Part shown: piece by piece, positions 9,801 through 22,842 of the stretch
Numbering within the stretch: the stretch's first letter is position 1
Layout: each line of letters starts with the position of its first letter
NCBI GenBank assembly: GCA_965113315.1
Contig: OZ220372.1
Length of the DNA stretch: 64,000 bases
Source: Podarcis vaucheri
Taxonomy: Eukaryota
Strand: one strand, 5' to 3'
Translations under genes and position numbers: made by a program
Notes under the pieces: generated by a model
The model's database searches: none
What the model was told of the DNA's origin: nothing
What the model saw: only the letters and a program-made list of their open reading frames with translations

Positions 9801-10530
9801 TATTCATCCCTTACTGGGATGCTAATTCTCAAGGTGATATATGGGGTATGGGGGCTGTTTTCACATCTTTAAACATCTATAATTCTCTTTTTAAGTCTTG
9901 GAAACTATAATATAAGAATAGCCTTGCTGGATCAGGCCATCTAGCCCATCCTCTTGTTCTTACAGTGGTCAGCCAGATGCCCATGGGAACCTTCAAGTAG
10001 GACCTGAGTGAATCATTTACACACTTTTCATAATAATAAAGAAAGATGAATTGGAAATTCAGGTATAGATAGAGAACAAACATAAATACAACCTCTTCCC
10101 ATATGTTTGCATGCTGGTAGTGCTCCTGTTGTGACCCACCTTGGATCAGGCTGTGACCCAACCCGCCAACTGAAGACCAGTAGTCTATACGGATGATTTG
10201 ATTATCATGATGGCTGAGGTTTTGATATATGCACAATAAATATATTTTTCTGTTGAATTTGACACCTGGTTGCCTCTTTAAGACCTGAGAGGCTGGTATC
10301 AAATTATGGAACCCATGGATCAGGGTGCTTTTTATGTGTGACTTCCTCAGGAACTATCTACACAGAGGAACAGATGTGGAGGCAAGGGCAGGGTTGGCTA
10401 GCTGTATTTGTTAATCACTGCACTTGAGCATAGATTGTTGTTTTCACTGTGTAAATCCTGGCACCACTAGAGTTCGGCATCCTGCCCAGTGCTTGGTTTT
10501 CTTCTCTTTCATGCATTTTACTATAATTTC

Positions 10531-10534
<4 letters not shown>

Positions 10535-10598
<64 letters not shown>
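10535..10598. repeat. Compound microsatellite (TG)n(TA)n
   Basis: Directly visible. Confidence 0.95.
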
Positions 10599-10599
<1 letters not shown>

Positions 10600-10681
10600 G
10601 CTTTCGTAGATTTTCACGGGTACAGGAATGTAGGTTTTGGTGTCTTCGGGTGTCTTCCCGTGTAAGAGTCGGGGTGTCTGG

Positions 10682-10719
10682 GCGACGTTTCGACGAGGTC
10701 TCACTCGTCATCTTCAGGC
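10682..10719 (-). ncRNA. Hammerhead-like motif (second locus, left arm)
   Basis: Reverse complement of the same 38-mer. Confidence 0.75.
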
Positions 10720-10785
10720 TGGTGCTTTCGGCTTCTTGTTACTGGAACAGAGCTCTGTTCCAGTAACAAGAAGCCGAAAGCACCA

Positions 10786-10823
10786 GCCTGAAGATGACGA
10801 GTGAGACCTCGTCGAAACGTCGC
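10786..10823 (+). ncRNA. Hammerhead-like motif (second locus, right arm)
   Basis: Same 38-mer. Confidence 0.75.
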
Positions 10824-10870
10824 CCAGACACCCCGACTCTTACACGGGAAGACACCCGAAGACACCAAAA

Positions 10871-10916
<46 letters not shown>

Positions 10917-10919
<3 letters not shown>

Positions 10920-11099
10920 TTTCGTAGATTTTCACGGGTACAGGAATGCAGGTTTTGGTGTCTTCGGGTGTCTTCCCGTGTAAGAGTCGGGGTGTCTGTG
11001 CGACGTTTCGACGAGGTCTCAGAGACCTCGTCGAAACGTCGAAACGTCGCACAGACACCCCGACTCTTACACGGGAAGACACCCGAAGACACCAAAACC

Positions 11100-11103
<4 letters not shown>
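10917..11103. mobile_element. Mini fold-back PLE pLTR unit 2
   Basis: Centre at 11021 (gtctc-a-gagac), 8-bp duplication gaaacgtc in the right arm, followed by (TA)n 11104-11148. Confidence 0.9.
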
Positions 11104-11151
<48 letters not shown>

Positions 11152-12934
11152 GGGAATTCCCTCTCCAAACTCTTCTTGCTTTATGGAAATGTTTCACAGT
11201 ACATGTGCCAGAATGCAGATGCCCAAGCTAGGTTTTGAAAAGCAGATTACTATTGTCAGAGAGACAATAAAATGAACGGATCAGCTCGTCAACTGCCCAG
11301 TGTATTGCCTCATTGCTTCCATGTGCTACTCTTTTGGTATTCATGTTGGCTCTTATGTGTACGTCCTTGAGGCATAGATTGAAGTTATTTGTCTAGAGTC
11401 CAGCACTGTATGCCTTATACTGGTGGATTTCTAGATATAGCCACATTATGTCTCTGATAATTTACCAGAAAGCAAGTGCTGCTAATTCAATAGTACACTT
11501 TCCTGCAGGTGTTCTTAGGACAGCATTCTTCTTGTCACACACATGGGGAAGGGAACAGATACTTCCCAGTCAGCACAAGAGGATAGACTGATCAGTGTCC
11601 CCTAATCAAAGATATGTGTATTTGTTTGTGTATGTGTATTGGAATTCCAGTTCCATCTTCAGGCAACATATCTGAACTACAGAACTGGAACCAGTGCAAT
11701 TTGGCTGGAGCAATTTGCAAGTATTGGTGCAACTGCGGTTCCATGCAATTTGGCTGGTGCTTCTTCTTTAAATTTGGCAATCCCTGCTTCAGGCAGTGTC
11801 ATGTTTCTTTCCCCAGCAAAGGGGAATGTTAAGTCCTAGGGTATTGTGGGCAAAATCCTCTTGGGACACTTTTGATGAGTGTTTGTGGCACCAGCATCAT
11901 GTGAGATCAATAATGCTTGTTGGAGCGACGAGAAAACAAATACAATTCCTATCCACCATCTAGGTAAGTTGAAGTACTTGGATGAAAACTGATACAGTGC
12001 CACAGGAGTCACTGCCAGGAATTCAAGCTGCAAAACACATGAATGTCCATAGAAAAGAATGCTAGTGTCAAAATTCACACTCACAATACAGTGGGGAACA
12101 CATGGGCAGGAGTGCAAGGAAACATCTGCTTCTACTACAGTGGAGCCCACACATGGTAATAGATGTGCTCTGCTTATATTTTACAAGCTTGCTTAAAGAT
12201 AGTCATTGATACCAGACAAAAAATCAGTGGCAAGTGAGATCTGAACAGAAATGCACAGCATTCAAACTGATGCCACTGACAATCTTATCCATAAGTGAGG
12301 TACGGCTTATTAAACTCAGGGTACTTATTTCTGATTGAGGCTGCAAGAGTTAGCTGGCATAGCACAACTTAGTCATTTAACTTTGCTTAATGGAGACCAC
12401 ACAAGGGGAGAGTACTCTTGTACTCAGATTCTGCTTGCGGGTTTCCCATAGGCAATGGGTTTCCCAGTGGTTGGCCACTGTGAGAACAGGACACGGGACT
12501 GAATGGGCCATTGGCCTGATCCCACAGGCTCTTCTTATGTTTATGTTCTTAATATTAGGTTGACAGTTAGGCACTGAAATTCCTGCTCCATTATCATTGT
12601 AGTTCCTCATTTGTAGGCAGGTAGGCAAAGATATTCTTCCACCTAAAATATTTGTATTAGAATCCCAGCTTCAAAATGGGCAATTCCTTTGCTAGGGACA
12701 CTGCTTGACTGCGTTAAACACTAGGGATACTGGAGTGCTTGTGTTTATCCTCAATTACTGCTGTAATGAGTAGCTAACGTATTTATTCTGTGTATGTTTA
12801 AGCTTTGATTGAATTGCTACAGACATTTCATTGCCATTTGACACCATTGCATACAATCCTATCCACCGCCCACACATCTCTATGTCAACTTATAGGTAAT
12901 ATCCACAAAAGCTTATGCCACAATAAATTCGTAC

Positions 12935-13330
12935 ATCTTTGATTAGCATCTGTTTGTCTCTGGAGACAATGAAAGAGTGCGCCTTCAGGGGTAAAGTCAA
13001 ACCATTGGAGAGTTACAGCACCTGCTGTGGCTGTAGAAACAGATATGAGAAAGACATAGTTTGTTGCAGCTGGGGCAGATGAAGACATCCAGTTGTGTTG
13101 ATGCAGCTGTACCATGGCGTTCCTTCTTTCTGCGCTCCTTTATGGTGCCACAAAAGCATTGTCACCATCTGCTAGAGCCCCATTCTTCCATTCCCATCTC
13201 ATCCCATCCCAGATCATGGATTCCCGGTTCCTGAAACTGTTGAAGCCTCCCAAGTCAGTTTTTAAGAGCCTGCATATCTGCTCCTGTGACGTGAATAATG
13301 TTGGACTGCAGACGCCTGCTTTTCCAAAGG
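12935..13330 (-). mobile_element. RTE-clade LINE 3' end (degenerate)
   Basis: Minus strand encodes DVFICPSCNKLCLSHICFYSHSRCC, resembling the C-terminal Cys/His motif of RTE ORFs, followed by a short 3' UTR. Confidence 0.65.
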
Positions 13331-13899
13331 AGTTGAAGGCACTGCAAAGCTCTACAGCAGTGTGTGTGCATGCATGGGCAGTGAAAGAGCAGTTCATCTG
13401 CCTTTTGCTCCTCTGAAGCAGCTGAGTCTACAACAGGGAGGAACAAGGGGTGAAAGGCACTGAGTGTCAACTTTTAGCATGTGTCTGCATCAAGGGACTC
13501 ATATGGGGGGCGGTGGTGGTGGTGGTGAGATGTGTCCTGGTGATGGATTGGATGGTATGTTAGTGGAAGGGACAAGTGGTGGGGTCAGGTGGTAGTGAGG
13601 AACTCAGTGGTGTTGAGAGTGTGCTAGTTTAATCGGTTGGGGAGGAAAGAATGTCAAGTATATGTGAGAACAGGAGCAAGCTCCAAGCTAGGGGGAATCT
13701 TGGAGAGTCAGGAATGAGGCAGCAGGAAGAGGGGTTGTTCCACGGAAGGAGAGGATGAAAGAGGAGATTAGTAGGGAAGACTGGGGAGAGCGAAGGGGTC
13801 AGGGCTTTAATGAAAAGGAAGGTCTATGAAGTTCCTCACGGGACAGCAGTGTCGCCACGCCAGCAAGAAGGGTGGCAATCTAAAGTGGCGAGGAGGGGT

Positions 13900-15200
13900 G
13901 ACTCTCGGGCTGCCTTTGGAAGAGACAGGATGACAGCGAGGGCTATATACACGGTGTGTGTCGCGAGGGGGGGGTTGAGGGGGGTTGCCCCGGGGTGGTG
14001 GCCATCGTCGGCGCTGCTGCCGCGCGGGGCGGGTAGGAGGGGGGGTGCTTGGGAGGGAGGGAGAGGCGGGCGCGGGGCGTGGGGGGAGGCGGGGCGGAGG
14101 TTGCTGCCTGAGCCCCCGGGATCGGTTCGGCTCGCCTTGCTCCGACCCTTTGCACTACAGTCGGCGCCGTCTTGCTGCTGCTGCTGTCGCCGCGGTAGTC
14201 AAAACTCCTACCGGCCTAAAAGTTGTCTGGTGCAAAATCCCTTCTGCAGCAGCAGCCCGAAAGAAAGCGAGAGCGCCAGCCAGCCAGCCGCCCGCCGCGG
14301 GCAGGAGGGAGGGAGGGAGCGTCGGCGACGGTGGATGCCTATTGCCCCTGTTGCTGCTGCAGCCGGCCAGCCAGCCAGAAGCGCGCGAGCGGAGAGGGGC
14401 GCATCCAGCCCGTTGGAGAGGAGCGCGGGGGCGCGTCCCCGGTGGCTTCCGAGCTGACCTTGCCTGGCCCGGCGCCTTCCGCGCTACCAAAGGGCGACTC
14501 ACCTGCTGCCTGCGCTGCGCCGGGACTAACTCGAGCGGGGCGAGGAGAACACACACTCGCACACACACACCGAGAGGCAAACTTGCCGCAGCCGTCGACG
14601 TCGCGGGGTTGGAAAGCGCGGAGATGCAGGTAGGGGGCGCCCCTCGCAGGGCCAGCGCCGGAGGGCCCGGACAGGCGCTCTTGTCACCGCCGGGGCGCTG
14701 GGGGGGGGGGGGAGAGAGAAGGAAGGAGCCCCGTCCGAAGAGCCCCGGAGCCTGGCCTCCCTAACTGGGAGTTGTGGGGAGAGAAGTGTGCGCGCCTTGC
14801 TATTTTTCGCCGAAACAAAGCTCCCTCTCCCTCAGAACCCGCCTTCACGCGTTCTTGCCCCTACGGAGACGCAAACACGTGTCCCGGCTCCCCTGGGCCC
14901 CGACCGGGGTGAAGCGCCTCGCCGCCGCGGCCGGACAAGGAGCCGGTTTCGCGCTGGTTGTGGCTTTTGGCGCGCTGGCCGGGGGTCCCATTGGACTCGG
15001 CGGGACTTCACTCCTGCGGAGACGCCTTAAAAAGCTCGTCCTGGTTGGTGTCTCGGCCCGGGCCGGAATTTAGCCCTGCTTCAAGCGGAGGAGGAGAGTT
15101 CACCCTTTTTTGAGTAGCGGGGAAAGAGCGTCTTGGCGAGCGGGCACAGCGCGCTTCTGTTGCCGAGATCCGCTCGCCACACTGGTGGGACTTGCTCGAA
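13900..15200. promoter_or_regulatory. CpG island / promoter of an unidentified gene
   Basis: Very GC- and CpG-rich against a CpG-poor background. Clustered GC boxes (gggcgg) at ~14025-14100. Confidence 0.9.
14155..14629 (+). other. Candidate first exon (largely 5' UTR) ending ...GAGATGCAG|GTAGGG; start approximate
   Basis: Lies downstream of GC boxes, has a (GCT)n leader, donor at 14629/14630 followed by G-runs typical of an intron start. Confidence 0.45.
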
Positions 15201-16594
15201 CAAGGGTGGGTAACCTGTGCCCCTCCAGATGTTGTTGGGCTCCAACGCCCATCGGCCCCAGCCAGCGTAGCCAATGATCAGGAATGATTATTGGCAGCTG
15301 GAGTCCAACATCCTTATGGAGGGTGACAGAATCCCCACCTACTAAACTAGGGGGAAGTTTTTGCAAGAGGGAGGATGCATCTGCCTGACAGTCTGGCAGG
15401 TTTGAGCTCCAGCAACATCTATTCTTTTAAGGCAGCACTTTCCCTTGAGAGTAGCTCCACCGAACTCAGGGGGGTTTACAGTGCTATCTTAACCCTGTCT
15501 ACTCCTGGGGTGAAGAGGATTGCAGTCTCAAGTCTGTAGGAAAGTTACACAGGAGCAGTCTCCAAATCCTGCTTTTGTTGACCTGTTTCAGGGATTGCTG
15601 GTGGATGGGGAGGACTGGGGAAGCTTCCAAGCAAGAAAACAAATCGGATTGCAATGTTGAGAGTGAGGAAAATATCCTTTCTCTTCACTCACAGCCTTTG
15701 GACTATTCATCCACCAAAGGAAAACCAACTTTCTTGTACCTTGTTTTACAGCCTCCAGCTGTCTTTTGCCCTGGTATATTTACTGGTCTTGGGTGCTTTG
15801 CCATCCTGTCAGGTAGAGAATAGCTGAGTGAGCTCTTGGACTATTCTGCTGCTGCTGGGGCATCCCTTCAGCCTGTCTGGTGGAGCCCCAGACTCCAGGG
15901 TGAACAGTTTGCCCTGCACAGCCGCATCCCAATGCAGGGCACTTTGGGTGGTCGCTGAGCACTTTACAGTACTTTTAACGAGGTGGAGACTGAGTGCCTC
16001 ATGGGTAGATAGGAGCTGCTCACAACCTCGGGAGGGCAGCTGCTGTTTTCTTCAGAACCTGTAAGGGATGCTTGTGGCACTGATCCCCTCAAGACGCTGT
16101 GGAAGGAAGGTGCTTTTAAGTCTCTCTTTAAATTACTCTTCTCTCATCACCTGTACTTTATGGCCTGTCATTGGCAAGATAACCTTGGAAAGTGAGGCTC
16201 TCAATTTGTTTGTAATGAAATCTCAGAGGCGGAGTTCAGCTCTTAAAGCCTTTGGCAACTTGGTGTCTTCTAGATGTTTTGGACTGCAAAGAGGCAGATG
16301 AGAGTCATGGTCCAAAGCAGCTGCTGAACCAGCTGCTGGATGCATTTGATGAGAGATTATGCTTGTCTTTGTGCCCTGTTTGTGGGTGTATGAGAGGCAT
16401 CTGTGTGGACTAGATGAGCCTTTGCTCAGATCTTGCCAAGCAATTTACTGTTTTCTTTAAATGTATGGTGTTCACACACTGGAAGTCAAACTGAGCCAGA
16501 GGAGACAGTGACCCCCTGGCATGTCTGGGTTAAAAGGCTCTTGGGTGACATAACTGAGAGAGTTCTCTGTGTGAGGCCTTGGAGAACTCCTGCC

Positions 16595-17097
16595 AGCTGG
16601 GGGGTTCTATTCTGCCTTGGTCAGACTCCACCAGGAATATTGTGTCCAGGTATGAGCACCACAGTTTAAGAATATTAACAAGCTGGAATGTATGCAGAGG
16701 AGGGTGAGGCTGACCAAGGTGATACAGGGACTGGGAACCAAGCCTTATGAGGAACTGTTGAGGAACCTGGGGATGTTTAGCCTGGAGAAGAGGAGATATG
16801 GCTATCTTCTAATATCAGAAGGGCTGGAAGATGGAGCAAGCTTGTTCAGAGGCTAGGACCCAAACCAATGGTTTCAAATTACAAGAAAGTAGATTGTGAC
16901 CTAACATCAGGAGGAGCTTTGACGGTAAGAGCTGTTCGACAGTGGAACAGACTCCCTTGGAAGGTAGTGGACTCACCTTCCAAGGAGGTTTTTAAGCAGA
17001 TGTTGGGCCATCTGTCATGGATGCTTTAGTTGAGATTCCTGGATTGCAGGGGGTGGGGCTAGATGACCCTCAAGGTCTCTTTCAACTCTACAATTCA
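16595..17097 (+). mobile_element. CR1 LINE 3' fragment
   Basis: Degenerate Y.ALVR.H.EYCVQ...YEE.L..LG.FSLEKRR...RAV.QWN.LP remnant and the typical tail ctagatgaccctcaaggtc..ttcaactctacaattc. Confidence 0.85.
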
Positions 17098-20000
17098 ATG
17101 TCTCAGTTGCCTCTGTTGAAGACAGTTCAATTTGTTAACAGGTAGTGGCCACATGAAGCCAGGGCCAATGACACTGTTCTTGAAGCCAACTTTAGCTCAT
17201 CAAGTTTTAACAAGATCTGGAGTCCTGCCTCTTTTTAGAGCTTAAAAGGAGCAGCCAGAAGTGAGGGAATTGATTCAGGATGGGGATCTTTTGATCAGGA
17301 AAATGGCGCAAGGGGAAAGGTTAAGCATGCTCTTTTCCCCAGTTCCACTACCACAATCTAGCCTTTCCATTGTAGTCACAGCTGTTTTTGAACTTTAAGA
17401 AATATGCTGGGAGGTCCAGTCACAGTTATTCTGCATCGTGCGTAGTTTGGTCCTAATCCATTGTGTTGCAAAAGGGAAATGCATCTGTTTGTAGTGCTGG
17501 CCACATGTAAAGTGTACCACAGTAACTCAACCACACAAGGCTAAGTGGATGTTGACTGTAAATCAGACTGGGGTTCAATATATATCTCTATTATTGTCCT
17601 GTATTTACCATTATTATGTTCAAGTGATATTATTATTGTTTATTAAATTTACATTCTCTAGGTGGCTTATAGAAGGTCAGACTATGGGACATGTGACTTA
17701 ACAATGCAAGTTCTCATACTCACAACATACTTCTTTTCCTTTTTTGCCGCACTTGCTGCACTTACACAGCTTCTTATTTCACACAGATACATAATGCAGA
17801 CATATTAAAACCTAGTCTCATAGATGATAGATAGATAGATATAGCATATGCATACATACATGTACACACGTGTGTGTATTTTATATCTATAATCTACCTA
17901 GACAGGTGTATTTGTATTCTTGACTAATTGACCTAATTATAAACCATGTGGGAATGTAACTATTCTTGACGCATCTATGTGCTGCAGGTGGAACCAACTT
18001 TCCTAAATAGGAATAACAAGTAGCCTTGATTTGTTATTGAACTTATTGGGGTGGTACACGATATTAGGGTCTTCATATCTCTCCCACTTATGCTCCTGAT
18101 CTGTGTATACTCTTGCTTACAAAAAGCTCACACAACAATAAACCAGTTGAACCTAGTACTCAGCGAGGTGACAAACCTGTGTTTATGCTGTTCCAGTTTG
18201 GACTGTGAGTCTCTGAATGCTCCTCTATACAAAAATAGCTCTGCACATAGGAGACCAGTTGAGGTAGAACCCTTCCACCAGACCTTTTTCTTGCTGTGTG
18301 GATTTTTTATATGGAGGAGGGTTTAATCCTATGAGGCTAGAACTGCAGCCTATAATGGTGCAAGTCCAGAAAACACTCTGCTTTACCATTTCACAGACAG
18401 CTTGGCCTAAACCCCTTTAAATTGCCACACTATTGTTTATCTTGCATTTGTATCTAGTCTTTTGCATCTTCAATGCTCCTGGCCTGCAGTCTGTTTTGTT
18501 CTCCTATAGTTGATGGCAGGCCAGTGTGTGTGGTGAGGGGAACTTTGTACATCTGTTGAGGGTGTTTCCTTGGTGGTTGTGTAAAGTCTAGATGACCAGC
18601 AATTATAGAAGATGGGAGGTGGAGTCTTCTAGTTTCAGCGAGGTGCACTGTGAATGGTAGAAGACAAAGTCAGGTGGTGACTTCTACAGCAAGGGGGAAA
18701 CTTCAATGGAAAACGTCTGAGATCCTGTTCTGCCTGAGGGTACCTTTGTCTAGTTGTGTTCTCCAGCACCCTTCCAGACTCCTATCCTGCCCTCTGTGTG
18801 TTGGAGTGTTGCAAAGCCAGTTACGTAAAAAAGGTATGGAGCTGTTTTGGTTGTGGGATGCATTCTGGAAATCCACTGGTTGCAACCCAAAACACAGTGC
18901 AAACTACTGGAATGAATTGACTATTCCAAATTTGGGCTTTTAAAATATCCATACTGCAGGTTAAATACTTGTAAATATACTTTTACCTCTAAGCAGTGGG
19001 TGTGTGGCAGTGACATGGTCTGGTGTGCTGATGATGTGTTCTGTGGAATCATACAGTAGTGCTTTCAATATCATCATAAAATGAACATTTTCTACAAGTA
19101 CAGATGTTTGGCACAATAGTTGTGCAGTACTCAACCATTTGTTTAACATAATCCAGATTACAGGCATGATTTTTACAGGTTCTGTCTGTAGATTTTATTC
19201 TTGTTTATGAATGAAATCCCAGCTCTTTTGTATTTTTTCCCGATTCCAATAAATACTCACACATGCCAAATCTGACCCAGGGCAACTTGTACCTTAAGAT
19301 AGGATAAAATGAGACCAAGTAGCCTGTGACCTGTCCACATATTCTTCTGTTTGATTAAGGTTGTATAATACTTAAGATAACTCCTGGCATAAAAATGTGG
19401 CAATGTGTGCATCTTGCATTTCTCTGCCCCTGGGATTTTCCCTTCCCTTTTCACTTTCTATTTCAGGTGTGCCATTTTAGCATTCAAAGTGCACCTCTGC
19501 ATTGTCCAACTCCAACTTATTGAATTGTGTGTATGTTCATATATACCTTTTCTGTTTAACTTTTACATTTGTTCGGATTCCCATGCAATGAGCAGCCTTA
19601 TTTTCGGGGGGGGGGGGGTTGAAATAGGGTTGAATAGGTGATTAGCACAAATTGCGTAATGCATATTCGGCAGGAAAATCTTAGTGAGGCTTACTTCTCT
19701 CAGGTAAGTATGCATAGGATTGCAGCTTAAGTGACAGCTCCTCAAATGTCAAACTATGAAGGAAAAAGGAAGGTAACCTTGCTTCTTTTCAACACTTTAA
19801 ATATACTGTCAAGGGTCCTAATCCAGTAACCTATATGTGGAATGGCTGAGCTTGTGTACCTATAACCTGACTGGAAAGTAAAGAAAAGCTGAATTCTTGC
19901 CAACCAACTTTTGGGTGGGAAAGTAGGAGTTGAATCCAGCCCCCTGCACCCTCTCCTCAACAGGTGATTTGCAGAATCCCAGCATTGTTTACTGGGCTAC

Positions 20001-21809
20001 ACACACATTTCTGGCTCCTTTGTTGGGTTTGGGAATACACTTAGTTGCATTTTAATTCTCCATTCAGCCAGGAAAATATGTGTAGCAACTTGTCTATCAT
20101 TCCAGCAGAGATAGGGCCAATCATTCTGATAAACACTTCCAAGAACTAGACTAAGTTGCTTTGTGGGACAGATCACACTCCCAGGCTGCCAGTTGCCATC
20201 CTTTTTGAATATCATATGTATATCTCATCAGGGCATACATATGCTCTGTGCATATATATCAGCTTATGTAGTTCATGTCAAACTAAGGTGGGTTTCTTTT
20301 TCAATAACCAAGGGGCTAAGCGGCAAAAGGAGAGAGAAAGCAAAGCTGTACGTAGAGAAATTTAAGAATTTGGTACCGAGAAAATTAATGTGATTTTAAA
20401 AGGGGGGAAAGTATGTGGAACATGGAAGTAAATGTGCCAACAATTAATGAAAGCAGGTTTTCATTTCTTCTGTCGAAGAAATTGGAATAGTATATGAAGA
20501 GGGAAACTTTGTGAGATCCAAGTGCCAATTCAGAGTAGGAGGCAGAATTGGACAGGCAGCCTGGCCTTACTCCAGCCCCAGATTTCCTGCGTTCCCAGGC
20601 TTCATCTCTTATGCTTCTGTGCCCAAGGGTATCAGAAAGAGATTCCTCTCTATTAGGAAGGAGTGCCTGCCTTCTTAGTTCATCTGGTAGTAGATGTAAT
20701 ACTATACAGCACATCTCCTTTGGCTGCCTTCAGACTTGCTCTGTGTTTCCATTTTGTGATATTAACCCTTAACAGTGATGTAGTTTTAAAGGTTTTGTGT
20801 ACTCTTCCTCCTCTTCTTTCTTTTGGTATTCTCTGCACTTTTGACACCCCCTCCACCTGCATTGGTTTGAGATGGTCTAAGCCACCTACTATGCACAGTA
20901 ATTCCAGTTCCTGATTTTGCAAGGTGTGGGGTTTTCAAAATCAGACGGTTGTACTGTCTTATATTAGGCCAGGTCATGATAATGTTTCTGGTGAAAAACA
21001 CTGATTTTTTTAAAAAAATCAAATCTGCACTTTGCTTTTCACATGCTGTGTGCACTATCTGTGTGTTTCCCCTTAATGCATTGCTTTTGTTGCCAGGACA
21101 TTGTATTTCCCGACTATACAAGGAACAATGGCCGTTATCCCACCAATGTTAAACTTTTGTAATTCCCATTAATATTAAGTATATACTTCAAATGGTTGAG
21201 ATTTATTTAATTGACTAAACTGCACCCAACTTTTAAAACTGGAACAATGTTATATTTTTCAATCCAATAATGCATTCATCAAATATTGAACACCCTTTCT
21301 GAACACCCATGCTAACAGGTCCCACTAGCTGCTTATTAATGACTGGTTTTAAGGTCTTGCTATTTACATATAAAGCCATAAACAACTCTCAACCAGGTTA
21401 CCGGAGGCAGTGACTTCCCCTCCATTGTCTGGCAAGGACATTTTTCAGGTTTGATCGGTTGATCTTAATCTTGCCATGACTCATTGACTTGTGACACAGA
21501 AATGGGTTTTTTCAGTGATGGCCCCAATATTATGGAATGCATTGCATGCTGAAATATGAGAGAACCCCCCCCCCATCTATACTGGCATTCTGTGACCTAT
21601 TGAAGATGTATCTGTTTTACATAGGTATTCCCTTCATCTCTTGACCTGAATCTCCTGTTTTAATTACTGTACTGTGCTGTTTGAATGGAATTGTTATGTT
21701 GTGTATTTTCATTGTGAATGGTTACATTTTAATGTATGTATGTAATTGGTTTTTATATTTGTTAAATGCTTAGAAGCCTATTTTGGTTTTAGTGGAATAT
21801 AAATAAATG

Positions 21810-21824
21810 AAATAATAATAATAA

Positions 21825-21855
<31 letters not shown>

Positions 21856-21862
21856 AAGATGA
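21810..21862. repeat. (AAT)n(GAA)n microsatellite at the tail of a probable L2-like 3' end (~21400-21810)
   Basis: Repeat directly visible; LINE assignment is by resemblance only. Confidence 0.7.
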
Positions 21863-22458
21863 TGTATGATTGGGGTTTCATAAATATCAACATGATATTG
21901 GTTGCAGTGCAATAACACACTTTACTAAGCATGACCTGCCACATTGTCTTAATCATCTCCAGTTATAAAGGCCTCTGAAAGCAGGGTTAGGAAAGGGGAA
22001 GGATCTGTGAACTACGATAAGGCATCAGCCTTAAGTGCATATAATCTTTCAGAGAGTCTCTGTGATGCCAACACTCATTGTTTGCTTGGACTTCCACAGC
22101 TGACTTACCATTGGCAATAGGGGGGGGACTTTTTAGTTGTTTTATAATGCCACTTACTGTTTTCTTCTATGCTAAATAATGCCATTATTCCAGTTAAGAT
22201 GGGGGGGGGGGGGACAAGAAAAAAAAACAGCAACTGATATGAAAGCCATATGCCATATGCGGGAAGCTGCCCAGAGTGGCTGGGGCAACCCAATCAGATG
22301 GGCGGGGTACAAATAATAAATTATTTATATATTTTGTTGTTGTTGTTGTTATGTCCAATAGTAGTGAATTAGGCTTAACTAGACACTGAAGGGGATTGGC
22401 TGCCACAGACCTGTGTCTCCTCAATGTGTTGGAGAAGGATCATAGCTCAGTGAGAGAG

Positions 22459-22793
22459 CAGAGGTTTCCACACTCACTGTCCCCCCCAGACCACTTGCAA
22501 ATTGGTAAAGGTCTTGCTATACCACTTAATGAGTTTTCTGCCTAGCAGTTGCTTAGCAGTTGTACTGTTTTTTAATTATATGGAATTCAAACTCTAACAC
22601 AATAAAATGCAATAAGAAACAAAAGGATTTAAATTTAATACAATTTAAAAATCCTTCTAGAGGTGCATTTCCCCTTGATATGTTCTTCCTTTACTCTTGC
22701 TTCATCTTTGTTACTATTTTCTTGAACATTTATTAATTTGTGGTTTTCTTCAGTCTCCCTTCTTCAACCACAAATCCATTTTTAGACATTGAC

Positions 22794-22842
<49 letters not shown>

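Larger units (their letters stand above)
10599..10874. mobile_element. Mini fold-back PLE pLTR unit 1 (same family as 1-2690)
   Basis: Zero-spacer palindrome centred at 10752/10753 (cagag|ctctg). Full tail on the left, truncated end on the right, followed by (TA)n 10875-10916. Confidence 0.9.

Noticed and set aside
10535-11148. CRISPR-like repeat-spacer array
   Set aside because: The repeats are inverted and separated by microsatellite rather than unique spacers, the context is eukaryotic, and there are no cas genes.
13810-15073. Long ORFs (215, 259, 141 and 136 aa) in the CpG island
   Set aside because: GC-rich, stop-poor sequence giving Ala/Arg/Gly/Pro-rich translations on both strands; no recognisable domain.
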